DNA of 64,000 bases from an uncultured Gemmatimonadales bacterium (GCA_963730185.1 CAVSQW010000015.1:128001-192000); one strand, 5' to 3'; positions 46,588 through 57,274 are shown, counted from the first letter of the stretch. Made by a program: numbers and translations. The notes: generated from the sequence alone by a model not told the origin.

Positions 46588-48144
46588 ATGACGACGACCG
46601 CCCCGATCTCCGCTCCCGCCGCACTCCCCCGCCGCACCGTCGCCGAACCGTTGCGCCGCCGATCGCGGACGGCCTTCCACTCCCGCGCCCAGGTGGTACA
46701 TCTCTCGGCCGAGTATGGTGCCCTGGCCCGGACCGGCGGCCTGGCTGAGGCGGTCGAAGGCCTGGCGCGAGCCCAAGCCCGGACCGGATCTCCCCGGGCG
46801 GCGGTGATCCTCCCCCTTTACCCCGCGCTCCGGCGCTCCGGGCGGTTTGTCCCATTGGCCTCCGACGGCCGCGCCGATCCGGGGGCGGTTCCGGTGTGGC
46901 GGGATGTGGCTCAGGCGGAGGCGGGACAACCCGACGTCCTGGCGCTGGACCTCCCTGGCTTCGACCGCCCGGGAATCTACGGCGAGGACGGCGTCGACTA
47001 TCCGGACAATCCCGCCCGTTTCTCGACCTTCGTGCGGGCGGCGCTCGAGGTCATGCCGCGACTGACGCCGGCCATCCGGGTGCTGCACGTCCACGACTGG
47101 CACGCGGGCCTGGCCCCAGCCCTGCTCCGTACCGAGTGGGCCGGCCGGCGATTCTACGACGCCATCGCGACGGTCCTGACCGTGCACAACGGGGCCTACC
47201 AGGGGCGCTTTCCCCGAGGAGTGTGTGACGGGCTAGGCCTTCCGTCCGCCGTCCTCGACGCCTTGGTGCCTGACCGTGAGGGGCGCCTCGCCTGGCTGGA
47301 CCTCGCCCTTCGGTTTGCCGACCTGGTGACCACGGTGAGCCCGAACCACGCCGAGGAGCTCCGGACGCCGCTGGGCGGCTTCGGCCTCGACGATCGCTAT
47401 CGGGCCTTGGGCGACCGGCTGGTCGGGATTCGAAACGGGATCGACGCCATCCACTGGGATCCCGCGACGGATGGGGCCTTGCCGGCCTTCTTCCAGGCCG
47501 GCTCCCGCGCCGGACGGGCCGCCAGTCGGACGGCGGTCGACCGGGCCCTCGGCTTTCCCTCGGACGGGGCACCGCTGATCGGGCTCGTCGGTCGACTGGT
47601 CGAGCAGAAAGGCATCGACCTGGTCGCCGATGGTCGGCTGGTCGAGTGGTTTCCGGAGGCGCGGTTCGTCGTGATGGGCGAGGGGAGGCCGGAGTACCGG
47701 GACCGGCTCCGCGGGTTGGCGGCGCGGTTTCCCGACCGGGTCCGGGCGCCGCTGGCCTTCGACGAGGGGTTCGAGCGCCGGCTCATGGCGGGCGCGGACC
47801 TCGTGCTGGTGCCCTCCCTGTACGAACCCTGCGGGCTGGCGCAGCTCCACGCCCAGCGGTACGGGGCCGTGCCGGTGGTACGGCGGGTCGGCGGCCTGGC
47901 GGACGCGGTGGTGGACGGGGTGACGGGATTCGTCTTTGACGAGTATTCCGTGCCCGCCCTCGCGGAGGCCTTGGGCCGGGCGCTCGCCGCCCGGCGGAAC
48001 CCGATCGGGTGGCCCGTGTTGGTGGAGCGGGTCATGCGGCTGAATGTCGGGTGGGACGACGCGGTGCCTCGGTTCCGCGACGTCTATCGGGCCGCCTGCA
48101 CCCGTCACGCCGCCTGGGAGGTGCAGGCGCATCGGAACCCGTGA
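46588..48144 (+). CDS. glgA: Glycogen synthase (GT5)
   Basis: RTGGL, HVHDWH, TVHN, RLVEQKG, PSLYEPCGL. Confidence 0.85.
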   Translation: MTTTAPISAPAALPRRTVAEPLRRRSRTAFHSRAQVVHLSAEYGALARTGGLAEAVEGLARAQARTGSPRAAVILPLYPALRRSGRFVPLASDGRADPGAVPVWRDVAQAEAGQPDVLALDLPGFDRPGIYGEDGVDYPDNPARFSTFVRAALEVMPRLTPAIRVLHVHDWHAGLAPALLRTEWAGRRFYDAIATVLTVHNGAYQGRFPRGVCDGLGLPSAVLDALVPDREGRLAWLDLALRFADLVTTVSPNHAEELRTPLGGFGLDDRYRALGDRLVGIRNGIDAIHWDPATDGALPAFFQAGSRAGRAASRTAVDRALGFPSDGAPLIGLVGRLVEQKGIDLVADGRLVEWFPEARFVVMGEGRPEYRDRLRGLAARFPDRVRAPLAFDEGFERRLMAGADLVLVPSLYEPCGLAQLHAQRYGAVPVVRRVGGLADAVVDGVTGFVFDEYSVPALAEALGRALAARRNPIGWPVLVERVMRLNVGWDDAVPRFRDVYRAACTRHAAWEVQAHRNP

Positions 48145-48156
48145 CCGGGGCGGACG

Positions 48157-48203
48157 CAAAGAAGAGGCGGAGGGTCTCGCCTCTCTCGAGACCCTCCGCC
48201 TTT
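48157..48203. terminator. Intrinsic terminator, probably bidirectional
   Basis: 15-bp stem AGGCGGAGGGTCTCG/CGAGACCCTCCGCCT; followed by CTTCTTT on the - strand and TTCCC on the + strand. Confidence 0.8.
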
Positions 48204-48336
48204 CCCTCGTTCGGCGTCCGGATGGAGAGTCCGGTGGAGTCCCGCTGCTCTAGGCTTGGCGCGGGTCGCCGACGGGAGCGGCCGACGACGGCCGACCGCT
48301 CCAGGCCGACGGCGTCCTTCACTTCCACCCTCGGCA
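48157..48336 (-). ncRNA. Candidate regulon-controlled small RNA (~180 nt)
   Basis: Bounded by a regulon promoter (CTTCA/GCTCA/CTTCA at 48386-48360, TATCGT at 48347-48342) and the terminator; no convincing ORF inside. Confidence 0.45.
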
Positions 48337-48638
48337 CTCCAACGATAGTCCGGAGCCGCTGAAGGGGCGGTGAGCTGACCGTGAAGCTTCGATGTCAGCG
48401 CCCGGGCAAACGACGGCCCCGGCGGCTCGGCTACGCCCCCGGGGCCTGGGAGTGGGTCGGGCAAGTGAACCATTCGGGTCACTTTCTTGAGACGCCGGCC
48501 ACCCGCGCCGACAGTCCCGTGGGCACTACCTTCGCCCTTCCTGCCGCCCGACCTTCACCATCAAGATAGCCTCGGCGCGTTAGGAAATGGCGAAGCTCGC
48601 TTGACGTCCCGTTCATCGTCGGGGAGGGACGCCGGCTT

Positions 48639-48683
48639 CTTCGTCGCCGCTTCAGGTCTTCTTCAACCGGTCCCGCCCAGATT
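48639..48683 (+). promoter_or_regulatory. Regulon promoter for usp
   Basis: CTTCG/CTTCA/CTTCA at 48639/48650/48661; CAGATT at 48678. Confidence 0.65.
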
Positions 48684-48720
48684 GCCGGTATGGGCTTGGT
48701 GGGCCCGGGAGGAGGATCCG

Positions 48721-49626
48721 ATGCTTCGCTCGCTCGTGGTTCCGCTCGATGGCTCGGGCTTCGCCGAGACCGCGATTCCCGTCGCCCGGGCGCTGGCTCG
48801 TGCGGCCGGGGCGTCGATTCGCTTGGTGATGGCGCACCAGCCGAGTCCGGTCCTGGTCGGGGCCTCCGCCCCGGACGACCGGGAGGTGCAGGCCCAGGAA
48901 CGCACCTACCTCGCCGCCCAGGCGGCCGACCTCCGGCAGCTGGCGTCAGGTCCGGGCTCGCAGGTGCTGCTCGAGGGGCATCCCGGTCCCGCCCTGGTCG
49001 AGTGGCTCACGGCGGAGCAGCCGGACCTCGTGGTCATGGCCACCCACGGGCGCGGCCCCGCCAGCCGGTTCTGGCTCGGCAGCGTGGCCGACTACCTGGT
49101 TCGCCATGCCCGCGCGCCGCTCCTGCTGCTCCGGCCCCCGGCGGCCGAGGGGCCGCAGGCGGCCCCGACCTTCCGGGCTGGCCTGGTCGCGCTCGATCTG
49201 TCCAACCGGGCGGAGGCCGTCCTGGAGACGGTGGCGCCGCTGGCCCTCGCGACCCAGGCGCACCTGACCCTGCTCTACGTACTCGAACCCGGTCTGGGCA
49301 TGGCCGGCACGCCGGCGCCCTACCCCGTCTCGCTGCCGCACGACTTGCTGGAGCACACCCGCGAGGAGGCCCAGCGCTACCTCGATGGCGTGGCCGACCG
49401 GCTTCGGACCCGCGGACTCCAGGTCGCCACGAAAGTCCTCGTTGGCTTCGGCGTCGCCGGCGCCTTGTTGGCACAGTTGGGTCGCGACGAATACGACTTC
49501 GTGGCCGCCTCCACCCATGGTGCCGGCGGCTTCCGGCGGATGCTGATCGGCAGCGTGGCCGACAAACTGGTGCGGGGCGCCACCAAGCCCGTGCTGTTGG
49601 TGCGGTCGGATCGGCATCTGCCCTGA
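48721..49626 (+). CDS. Universal stress protein, tandem domains
   Basis: VVPLDGS, ATHGRG...LGSVAD; close paralog of 26133..27056. Confidence 0.93.
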   Translation: MLRSLVVPLDGSGFAETAIPVARALARAAGASIRLVMAHQPSPVLVGASAPDDREVQAQERTYLAAQAADLRQLASGPGSQVLLEGHPGPALVEWLTAEQPDLVVMATHGRGPASRFWLGSVADYLVRHARAPLLLLRPPAAEGPQAAPTFRAGLVALDLSNRAEAVLETVAPLALATQAHLTLLYVLEPGLGMAGTPAPYPVSLPHDLLEHTREEAQRYLDGVADRLRTRGLQVATKVLVGFGVAGALLAQLGRDEYDFVAASTHGAGGFRRMLIGSVADKLVRGATKPVLLVRSDRHLP

Positions 49627-49640
49627 CCACGGCGGGACGG

Positions 49641-49696
49641 CGTCACCGGGCGTTACAGAATCCTTCATGCTGCGTTCAGGCGGGGCGCAGCATGTT
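49641..49696 (+). promoter_or_regulatory. Regulon promoter for usp
   Basis: CGTCA/GTTAC/CTTCA/GTTCA at 49641/49652/49663/49674; CATGTT at 49691. Confidence 0.65.
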
Positions 49697-49750
49697 GCCT
49701 CAGTGGGGGCATTCGGCGCCCACGCCGACACCGGACGGGGGAGGCCCGCC

Positions 49751-50662
49751 ATGACCCGGTCGATTCTGCTGCCGCTCGACGGCTCGCGCTTTGCCGAGGC
49801 CGCGATTCCCCTCGCGCTCGAGCTGGCGCGAAAGGCGCGCGCGTCGATCCACCTCATCCACGCCCACGAAGGCGTGCCCGCGGCCCTGGTGCACGGTGAC
49901 CTCGGGCCGGGTGGCGAGTCCGACTTGGGCGAGGAACGGAGCTATCTCGCAGAGACAGCCGCTCGCCTCTCCTCGGGATCGGTGGAGATCAGCTACCAGC
50001 TGGTCGACGGGCCGCCGGTCGAGGCCCTCGACGAGTGGATCGTAGAGCACCGGCCCGCCTTGGTGGTCCTGGCCACCCACGGTCGGGGCTCGCTCGACCC
50101 CCTCTGGCTCGGAAGCGTGGCGGAGCACCTCGCACGGTGCGCGGCTGCTCCCCTGCTCCTGGTGCGGCCCGAAGACGGCGCCCCGCTCCCGTCACCGGTC
50201 CCGAGCATCCGGCGGGTTCTGGCGCCGATCGACTTCGCCGAGGGGCACGAGGCCCTGGTCGATCGGTTGGGTGAGTTCGCCGGTTTCGTCCAGGCCCACG
50301 TGACCCTGCTCCACGTGGTCGCGCCGCCGCGCGGGCTGCCTGAGGCCGCGGCCCCGGCCCCCGGGCGTGGGCTGGTCTGGCAGACGCCGGCGGAGGCGGG
50401 CGCGCAGCGTTGGCTCGATCGGCTGGCCGACCGGCTCCGCGCCCGGGGAGTGGCGGCGGCGGCTCGGGTCGTGGGGGAGCCCGACATCGGCCCGGCGATC
50501 CTCGAATACGCCGACCGGATCGCCGCCGACGTCGTGGCGCTCCACGCGCACGGCTGCGGCGAGTCTCACGACGGAGGCATCGGGCCCGTCGTGGACCACG
50601 TGGTCCGCGGTGCCCGGACTCCGATCCTGATCCTTCCGCCGATCCGTCCCCAGGCGATCTGA
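49751..50662 (+). CDS. Universal stress protein, tandem domains
   Basis: LLPLDGS, ATHGRG...LGSVAE. Confidence 0.9.
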   Translation: MTRSILLPLDGSRFAEAAIPLALELARKARASIHLIHAHEGVPAALVHGDLGPGGESDLGEERSYLAETAARLSSGSVEISYQLVDGPPVEALDEWIVEHRPALVVLATHGRGSLDPLWLGSVAEHLARCAAAPLLLVRPEDGAPLPSPVPSIRRVLAPIDFAEGHEALVDRLGEFAGFVQAHVTLLHVVAPPRGLPEAAAPAPGRGLVWQTPAEAGAQRWLDRLADRLRARGVAAAARVVGEPDIGPAILEYADRIAADVVALHAHGCGESHDGGIGPVVDHVVRGARTPILILPPIRPQAI

Positions 50663-50781
50663 CCAGCCTGTTCTCGTTCGGCCGACCACGGCCCGGTCCG
50701 GCCAGCCAACCGGAGTGCCTCACCTGCGGCTCGAGGCACTCCGGTTTCGATTGACGGGACCAGCGTCGCGTCCCGGGGTCG

Positions 50782-50826
50782 TTTAATCCCCGCTTCACCT
50801 CCGGTTCAGCGGCGCCCCGCCAACTT
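50782..50826 (+). promoter_or_regulatory. Regulon promoter for DUF5661/HPF-CSD
   Basis: TTTAA/CTTCA/GTTCA at 50782/50793/50804; CAACTT at 50821. Confidence 0.65.
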
Positions 50827-50866
50827 CGGAGGGTGCGCATCCGGCGCGCGGAGCCAGGAGGGGACC

Positions 50867-51181
50867 ATGTTGGGCAGGTCACGATTCGCCACCGACCAGG
50901 TGCTGAAGGTCGGCACGGTGCTGGGGATCAACTGGGAAGAGGTGGATCTGGAGCAGTTTCGGCGCGGTCTCGAGGTGGAGCTCGAGCACGGCCGGCGGAG
51001 CCCGCTGACCGACCTCACCGGCGACGATCCGGTGTTGACCGGGAAGATCGCCCTCGCGCATCTCCGCGAGGTGCCCGACTACTACTCCCGGCTCGACGCG
51101 ATGGGGCGGGAGGCCGAAGCCGATTGGAAGGGTCGCCGGACGGCGGCCGTTCGGGGGTTCGCGGGCGAGGAGCCGTGCTGA
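50867..51181 (+). CDS. DUF5661-like small protein
   Basis: FRRGLEVELEHG...KIALAHLREVPDYYSRL. Confidence 0.75.
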   Translation: MLGRSRFATDQVLKVGTVLGINWEEVDLEQFRRGLEVELEHGRRSPLTDLTGDDPVLTGKIALAHLREVPDYYSRLDAMGREAEADWKGRRTAAVRGFAGEEPC

Positions 51182-51200
51182 CCACGCAGGCAGGTGAACC

Positions 51201-51863
51201 ATGACGACGAAGCTCGGAGGCGCCGGCCGAGAAGGGGCGGCGCAGGCGCTGTCGGACCTGGGGAGGGAGGGGATCGTGACCGAGACCACGAAACGGAGTC
51301 GCACCAGCCGCGAAGCCACCGAGGCGCCGCCGACCTGTCAGATCGTCGCCAAAGCTCTCGAGGTGGATCCCGGCATCCAGGCCCTGATCCGGCGCGAAGC
51401 CCGCAAGCTGAGCCAGTTCTTCGACCGGATTCTCGACGTTCGCGTGGTCGTGAGTACGCCGCACCGGCGCCTCCATCGCGAGACGGTCGACTACGCCGTC
51501 CGGATCTACCTGGCGGTGCCTCGCGACGAGCTGGTGGTGAAGCGCCAGCGTGACGCCGATCTTCGGACCGCCATCCAGGCGGCGTTCCGGGCGGCGGGGC
51601 GGGTGCTCCAGGACTACGCCACCCGGCGGCGCGACCCACCGCCGGTCCAGGCGAAGGCGCCCGTGGGGCGGGTGAGTCGGCTGTTCCCGTACGAAGGCTA
51701 TGGCTTCCTCACCGGCGAAGACGGCACCGATCTCTACTTCCACCGCAACGCGGTCGCCGGCGGCCGGTTCGACGAGATCGCGGTCGGCGAGCGGGTTCGC
51801 TACGCCGCGGCCGAGGGCAATCTGGGGCCGCAGGCGAGCCGGGTGACCCGGGGACGCCGGTGA
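51201..51863 (+). CDS. HPF/RaiA-like domain fused to a cold-shock domain
   Basis: KLSQFFDRILDVRVVV...DLRTAIQAAF, then GYGFLTGEDGTDLYFHRN...GPQASRV; start uncertain. Confidence 0.85.
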   Translation: MTTKLGGAGREGAAQALSDLGREGIVTETTKRSRTSREATEAPPTCQIVAKALEVDPGIQALIRREARKLSQFFDRILDVRVVVSTPHRRLHRETVDYAVRIYLAVPRDELVVKRQRDADLRTAIQAAFRAAGRVLQDYATRRRDPPPVQAKAPVGRVSRLFPYEGYGFLTGEDGTDLYFHRNAVAGGRFDEIAVGERVRYAAAEGNLGPQASRVTRGRR

Positions 51864-51879
51864 ATCCGGGGCGCGGGCC

Positions 51880-54266
51880 TCACCGGCCCGCGCTCAGCCG
51901 CTTTGCCACCCGCGCCACCGAATCGGGGTTGAGCGAGATCGAGTCGATCCCGATCGACACCAACCATTCGGCAAACTCCGGGTCGTCGCTGGGCGCCTGG
52001 CCGCAGATGCCGACTGGGCGCCCCTGGCGGTGCACCCCCTCGACCACCATCCGGATCAGGCGCTTGACGCCGGGGTCGCTCTCCCGGAAGAGCGGGGCCA
52101 GGATCTCGGAGTCCCGGTCCACCCCGAGCGCCAGCTGGGTCAGGTCGTTCGACCCGATCGAGAAGCCGTCGAACAGCTGGGCGAACTCCTCGGCGAGGAT
52201 CACGTTGTTCGGGATTTCGCACATCACCCAGACCTCGAGGCCCCGCTCGCCCCGGATCAACCCGTTCGCGGTCAGCTCGGCCAGCACCCGCTCCGCCTCC
52301 TCGAGGGTGCGGCAGAACGGGATCATCACTTTGACGTTGGTGAGCCCCAGGTCGTCGCGAACCCGGCGGATCGCCGAGCACTCGAGAGCGAAGCCCTCGC
52401 GATAGCGGTGGTCGTAGTAACGCGACGCGCCCCGGAAACCAATCATCGGATTGGACTCGACCGGCTCGAAGTCCACCCCTCCGAGGAGGCCGGCGTATTC
52501 GTTGGTCTTGAAGTCCGAGAACCGGACCAGCACCGGCTTGGGGTAGAAGGCCGCCGCGATCTGGGCCACCCCGCTCGCCAAACGCTCCACGAAGAACTCG
52601 GCCGGGGCACCGGCGCCGGCGGCCGCCTCGCGGATCCGGGCTCTCACCGTGGGGTCGGAAACCCGATCGGGATGGATCAGGGCCATCGGGTGGATCCCGA
52701 TCCAGCTCGAGATCACGAACTCGAGCCGGACCAGCCCGACGCCGTGCGACGGTAGCCGGGCAAAGGCGAAGGCCCGGTCGGGGTTCGCCAGGTTGAGGCA
52801 GAGCGGGACGGGCGGCTCGGGCAGGGTTGCGGGGTCGACGGTCTCCCGGGCGAACGGCACCACGTCCTCGTACACGAAGCCGGCCTCACCCTCGGCACAG
52901 GACACGGTCACGATCTGACCGGGGCGGAGGGTGGTCGTGGCTTCGGCCGCCCCGACGACGCAGGGAATGCCGAGCTCACGCGACACGATGGCGGCATGGC
53001 AGGTCCGACCTCCTTCGTCCGTCACCACCGCGGCGGCTCGCCGGAGTACCGGCTCCCACGACGGATCGGTCATCCGGCTGACCAGGATCTCGCCGTCCTC
53101 GAAGCCGGAGAGGTCCGCGGGGGCTCGGATGATCCGGACCGGTCCCGACGCCACCTGTGCCCCGACGCTCTTGCCTTGGATCAGGACCCGGGCCGGTCCG
53201 GCGCGGTGGTAAATTTCAAGCGGTGCGGCCGGCGTCTTCCCGTGGACGGTTTCGGGGCGGGCCTGCACCAGGTAGAGGAGGCCGTCGAGGCCGTCCTTGG
53301 CCCACTCGATGTCCATCGGCCGTCGATAGTGACGCTCGACCGCCACCGCCCAGCGGGCCAGCGCCAAGATGTCGTCGTCGCCGAGGATCGCGCGGCGGCG
53401 ATCGCTCGCCTCGACCGGCACCTCGACGACGGCCCCGGAGCCGTCCTCATATACGACCTTCACTTTTTTGTCGGCGATCTCGCGGCGAATCAGCGATCGG
53501 TATCCGGCCTCGAGGGTCGGTTTGTGGACCAGGAACTCGTCGGGACGGACCCGCCCCTGGACCACCGATTCGGCGATGCCCCAGGCGCCGGTAACCATCA
53601 CCACGTCGCGGAAGCCGGTCTCGGTATCGAGGGTGAAGATCACGCCGGCCGAGGCCAGATCGCTCCGGACCATCTTCTGGACCCCGACCGAGAGCGCGAC
53701 CTGTCCGTGGCCGAAGCCATGGGTGGCCCGGTAGACGATCGCGCGGTCGGTATAGAGCGACGCCATACAGGCCCGGACGGCGCGATCGAGGGCGGCCTGA
53801 CCCCGGACGTTGAGATAGCTTTCGTGCTGGCCCGCGAAGCTGGCGGTCGGCAGATCTTCGGCGGTAGCGCTCGAGCGGACGGCGACGTCGACGGCCTCCA
53901 CGCCGTATTCGGCCGAGAGCTGGCGGTAGCCGGCGGCGAGTTCTTCGGCCACGACGTCTGGCAGCGGGGCTTCCCGAATCCGGGCCCGAATCGCGCTCGC
54001 CGTCCGGGCCAGGGCGGCCACATCGGTCGGGTCAAGCTCGGCCAGCTGCCGCTCGACCCAGGCGGTGAGTCCGGCCCGCTCGAGGTGAAGCCGGAAGGCG
54101 TCGGCCGTGAGGGCGAATCCGTCCGGCACCCGGACTCCTGCCGAGCCGAGGGCGGTGGCCAGCTCGCCGAGGGAGGCATTCTTCCCCCGACCAGGGGGAG
54201 GTCGGCGAGCCGGAGGTCGCCGAAGGGGATCAGGTGGGCGGTACGGGCGACGGTGGCGGCGGTCAT
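51880..54266 (-). CDS. ppsA: Phosphoenolpyruvate synthase (apparent 1-nt frameshift near 54186)
   Basis: VGG-K-NASLGE split across frames at a G-run; VRSSATAED, SFAGQ, GGRTCHAAI, SIGSNDLTQ, GICGQAP. Confidence 0.93.
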
Positions 54267-54296
54267 GATCCGGCTCCTCGAAACTGTCCCAATCTC

Positions 54297-54340
54297 AAGG
54301 TCCGCCCGGGTGGTGATCTCCCGGTGGAGAAAGGGTGAAG
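54297..54340 (-). promoter_or_regulatory. Weak regulon promoter for ppsA
   Basis: Minus strand CTTCA/CTCCA/GATCA at 11-nt period; GACCTT at +16. Confidence 0.45.
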
Positions 54341-54459
54341 ATCGTCTCACTCCGAGGCCGGGGCTTCCGGGTGGGGGTGTCCGATTTCGAGTCCGGGGCC
54401 CTGGATCGGGGGCTGGGGGTGGGGGCCGGCGGCGGATCGGCGGAGGGTTTGGGGGGCTG

Positions 54460-54488
54460 TTGACCTGTTGCCTAAGTGTAGGTAGAAT
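54460..54488 (+). promoter_or_regulatory. Sigma70 promoter of the tRNA-tuf operon
   Basis: TTGACC-N17-TAGAAT. Confidence 0.75.
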
Positions 54489-54517
54489 AAGAGTCTGTCG
54501 ATGCTGCGGACTTGTCC

Positions 54518-54590
54518 GCTGGCGTAGCTCAACTGGCAGAGCAGCTGATTTGTAATCAGCAGGTTAAGGGTTCGAGTCCCTTCGTCAGCT
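54518..54590 (+). tRNA. tRNA-Thr(TGT)
   Basis: Acceptor GCTGGCG/CGTCAGC; anticodon arm GCTGA-TTTGTAA-TCAGC; GGTTCGA T-loop. Confidence 0.96.
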
Positions 54591-54687
54591 TGAGTCGGGC
54601 AGACAACCAAAGACGGTCACCCGGAACCCCGCGCCCCGTATCGCGGGGTTCCGTGTCGGATGCAGCGGCGCATTCGTTAGGCGCTTT

Positions 54688-54771
54688 GGTGGGGTGGCCG
54701 AGTGGCTAATGGCAGCAGACTGTAAATCTGCCGGGCTAAGCCCTACGTAGGTTCGAATCCTACCCCCACCA
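54688..54771 (+). tRNA. tRNA-Tyr(GTA)
   Basis: Acceptor GGTGGGG/CCCCACC; GCAGA-CTGTAAA-TCTGC; long variable arm. Confidence 0.96.
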
Positions 54772-54820
54772 TGTAGGAGGGCGGACAAGCGGAACGGACT
54801 AGGCGGACGGGAGAGACCCT

Positions 54821-54893
54821 GCGGGTGTAGCTCAGTTGGTAGAGCATCAGCCTTCCAAGCTGAGGGTCGCGGGTTCGAGCCCCGTCGCCCGCT
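54821..54893 (+). tRNA. tRNA-Gly(TCC)
   Basis: Acceptor GCGGGTG/CGCCCGC; TCAGC-CTTCCAA-GCTGA. Confidence 0.96.
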
Positions 54894-54896
54894 TTG

Positions 54897-54969
54897 GCTC
54901 GCGTAGCTCAGTCGGTAGAGCACATCCTTGGTAAGGATGAGGTCACCGGTTCGATCCCGGTCGCGAGCT
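54897..54969 (+). tRNA. tRNA-Thr(GGT)
   Basis: Acceptor GCTCGCG/CGCGAGC; ATCC-TTGGTAA-GGAT. Confidence 0.96.
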
Positions 54970-55113
54970 CTGGCAGTGAACGGGTAGATGCGGCTGGACG
55001 GGCAGCGGGAGACGGGTGGGGCTCGGGAGGGTTAGGCCGGCCGGGTGGTTACCGCCCGCCACGCCGACCCGTCCCGATCGAGACGAGGATCAAACACTGA
55101 GCGGAGCTCCGAG

Positions 55114-56312
<1,199 letters not shown>

Positions 56313-56325
56313 TCGAGCGGACGCT

Positions 56326-56478
56326 ATGCCGAGAGAGAAGATCATCCTCGAGTGCACCGACTGTAAGAGTCGGAACTACTTCAACGACAAGAACCGCCGG
56401 CTGCATCCCGAGCGGGTCGAGTGGAAGAAGTATTGCCCGCGCTGTAACAAGCACGTGGCGCACAAGGAATCGAAGTAG
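56326..56478 (+). CDS. rpmG: 50S ribosomal protein L33 (Zn-binding form)
   Basis: Manual translation [18 protein letters not shown]...[17 protein letters not shown]. Confidence 0.95.
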   Translation: MPREKIILECTDCKSRNYFNDKNRRLHPERVEWKKYCPRCNKHVAHKESK

Positions 56479-56480
56479 TC

Positions 56481-56723
56481 ATGGCCGCCGTCGATGTCGC
56501 CGAGCGGTCGAACAAGCTGACGCGGTGGAGCCGGTCGACCTGGCAGTTCCTGGTCGATACCCGGGCCGAGTTGCGCAAGGTGACCTGGCCGACGTGGCCG
56601 GAGCTCAACGACGCCACCAAGCGCGTCCTGATCATGACGCTCGCGATCGGCATTGCGCTCGGTCTGCTGGATCGGGCGCTGCAGTTCATCCTGGTGGACG
56701 GCATCGCCGCGATCGCCCGGTAA
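56481..56723 (+). CDS. secE: Preprotein translocase SecE
   Basis: ELRKVTWPT followed by a TM. Confidence 0.93.
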   Translation: MAAVDVAERSNKLTRWSRSTWQFLVDTRAELRKVTWPTWPELNDATKRVLIMTLAIGIALGLLDRALQFILVDGIAAIAR

Positions 56724-56727
56724 GTCC

Positions 56728-57274
56728 ATGGACTACCGCTGGTACGCGATCCAGGTCACCGCCGGACACGAGAACAAGGTCAAGGGACTCCTCGAGCGAC
56801 GGATCGGCGAGGACCCCCGGCCCGAGGACTCGAAGCTGGTCCGGCAGGTGCTCGTGCCGGTCCAGGAGGCCATCGAGATCAAGAACGGCAAGAAGGTCGT
56901 GGTCGAGCGGAAGCTCTATCCCGGCTACGTGCTGATCGAGACCACGATGAGCCAGGAGGCCCAGCACCTGGTCAACAGCGTGCAGGGCGTGATCAAGTTC
57001 GTGGGCAGCGGCCGGGGAGCGCCGCTTGGCGCTCCGGCAGGACGAAGTCAACCGGCTGCTCGGGATCGTCGAGGAGACCGCCGACCAGGCCCCCAAGGAG
57101 GAGATCCCCTTCATGGTCGGCCAGGCGGTCGAGATCACCGAAGGGCCGTTCTCGGAGTTCAGCGGGACGGTCGAAGAGGTGCTGGCGGATAAGGGCAAGG
57201 TGAAGGTCTCGGTGTCGCTCTTCGGGCGGCCGACGACCGTCGAGTTGGACTACTTGCAGCTCCGAGGGCATTGA
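56728..57274 (+). CDS. nusG: NusG (apparent +1 frameshift near 57015-57025)
   Basis: WYAIQVTAGHENKV, KLYPGYV; KOW ITEGPFSEFSG...FGRPTTVEL in the next frame. Confidence 0.95.

Noticed and set aside
48032..48337. 101-aa minus-strand ORF
   Set aside because: No RBS, unremarkable Arg/Pro/Ser-rich sequence, reads through a strong terminator and overlaps glgA.
9181..54517. Dormancy cluster as a mobile island integrated at the tRNA cluster
   Set aside because: No integrase, transposase or duplicated tRNA end seen; composition looks like the host; cysS lies within it.
56470..56490. tRNA-Trp often found between rpmG and secE
   Set aside because: Only 2 nt separate the genes; it is absent here.
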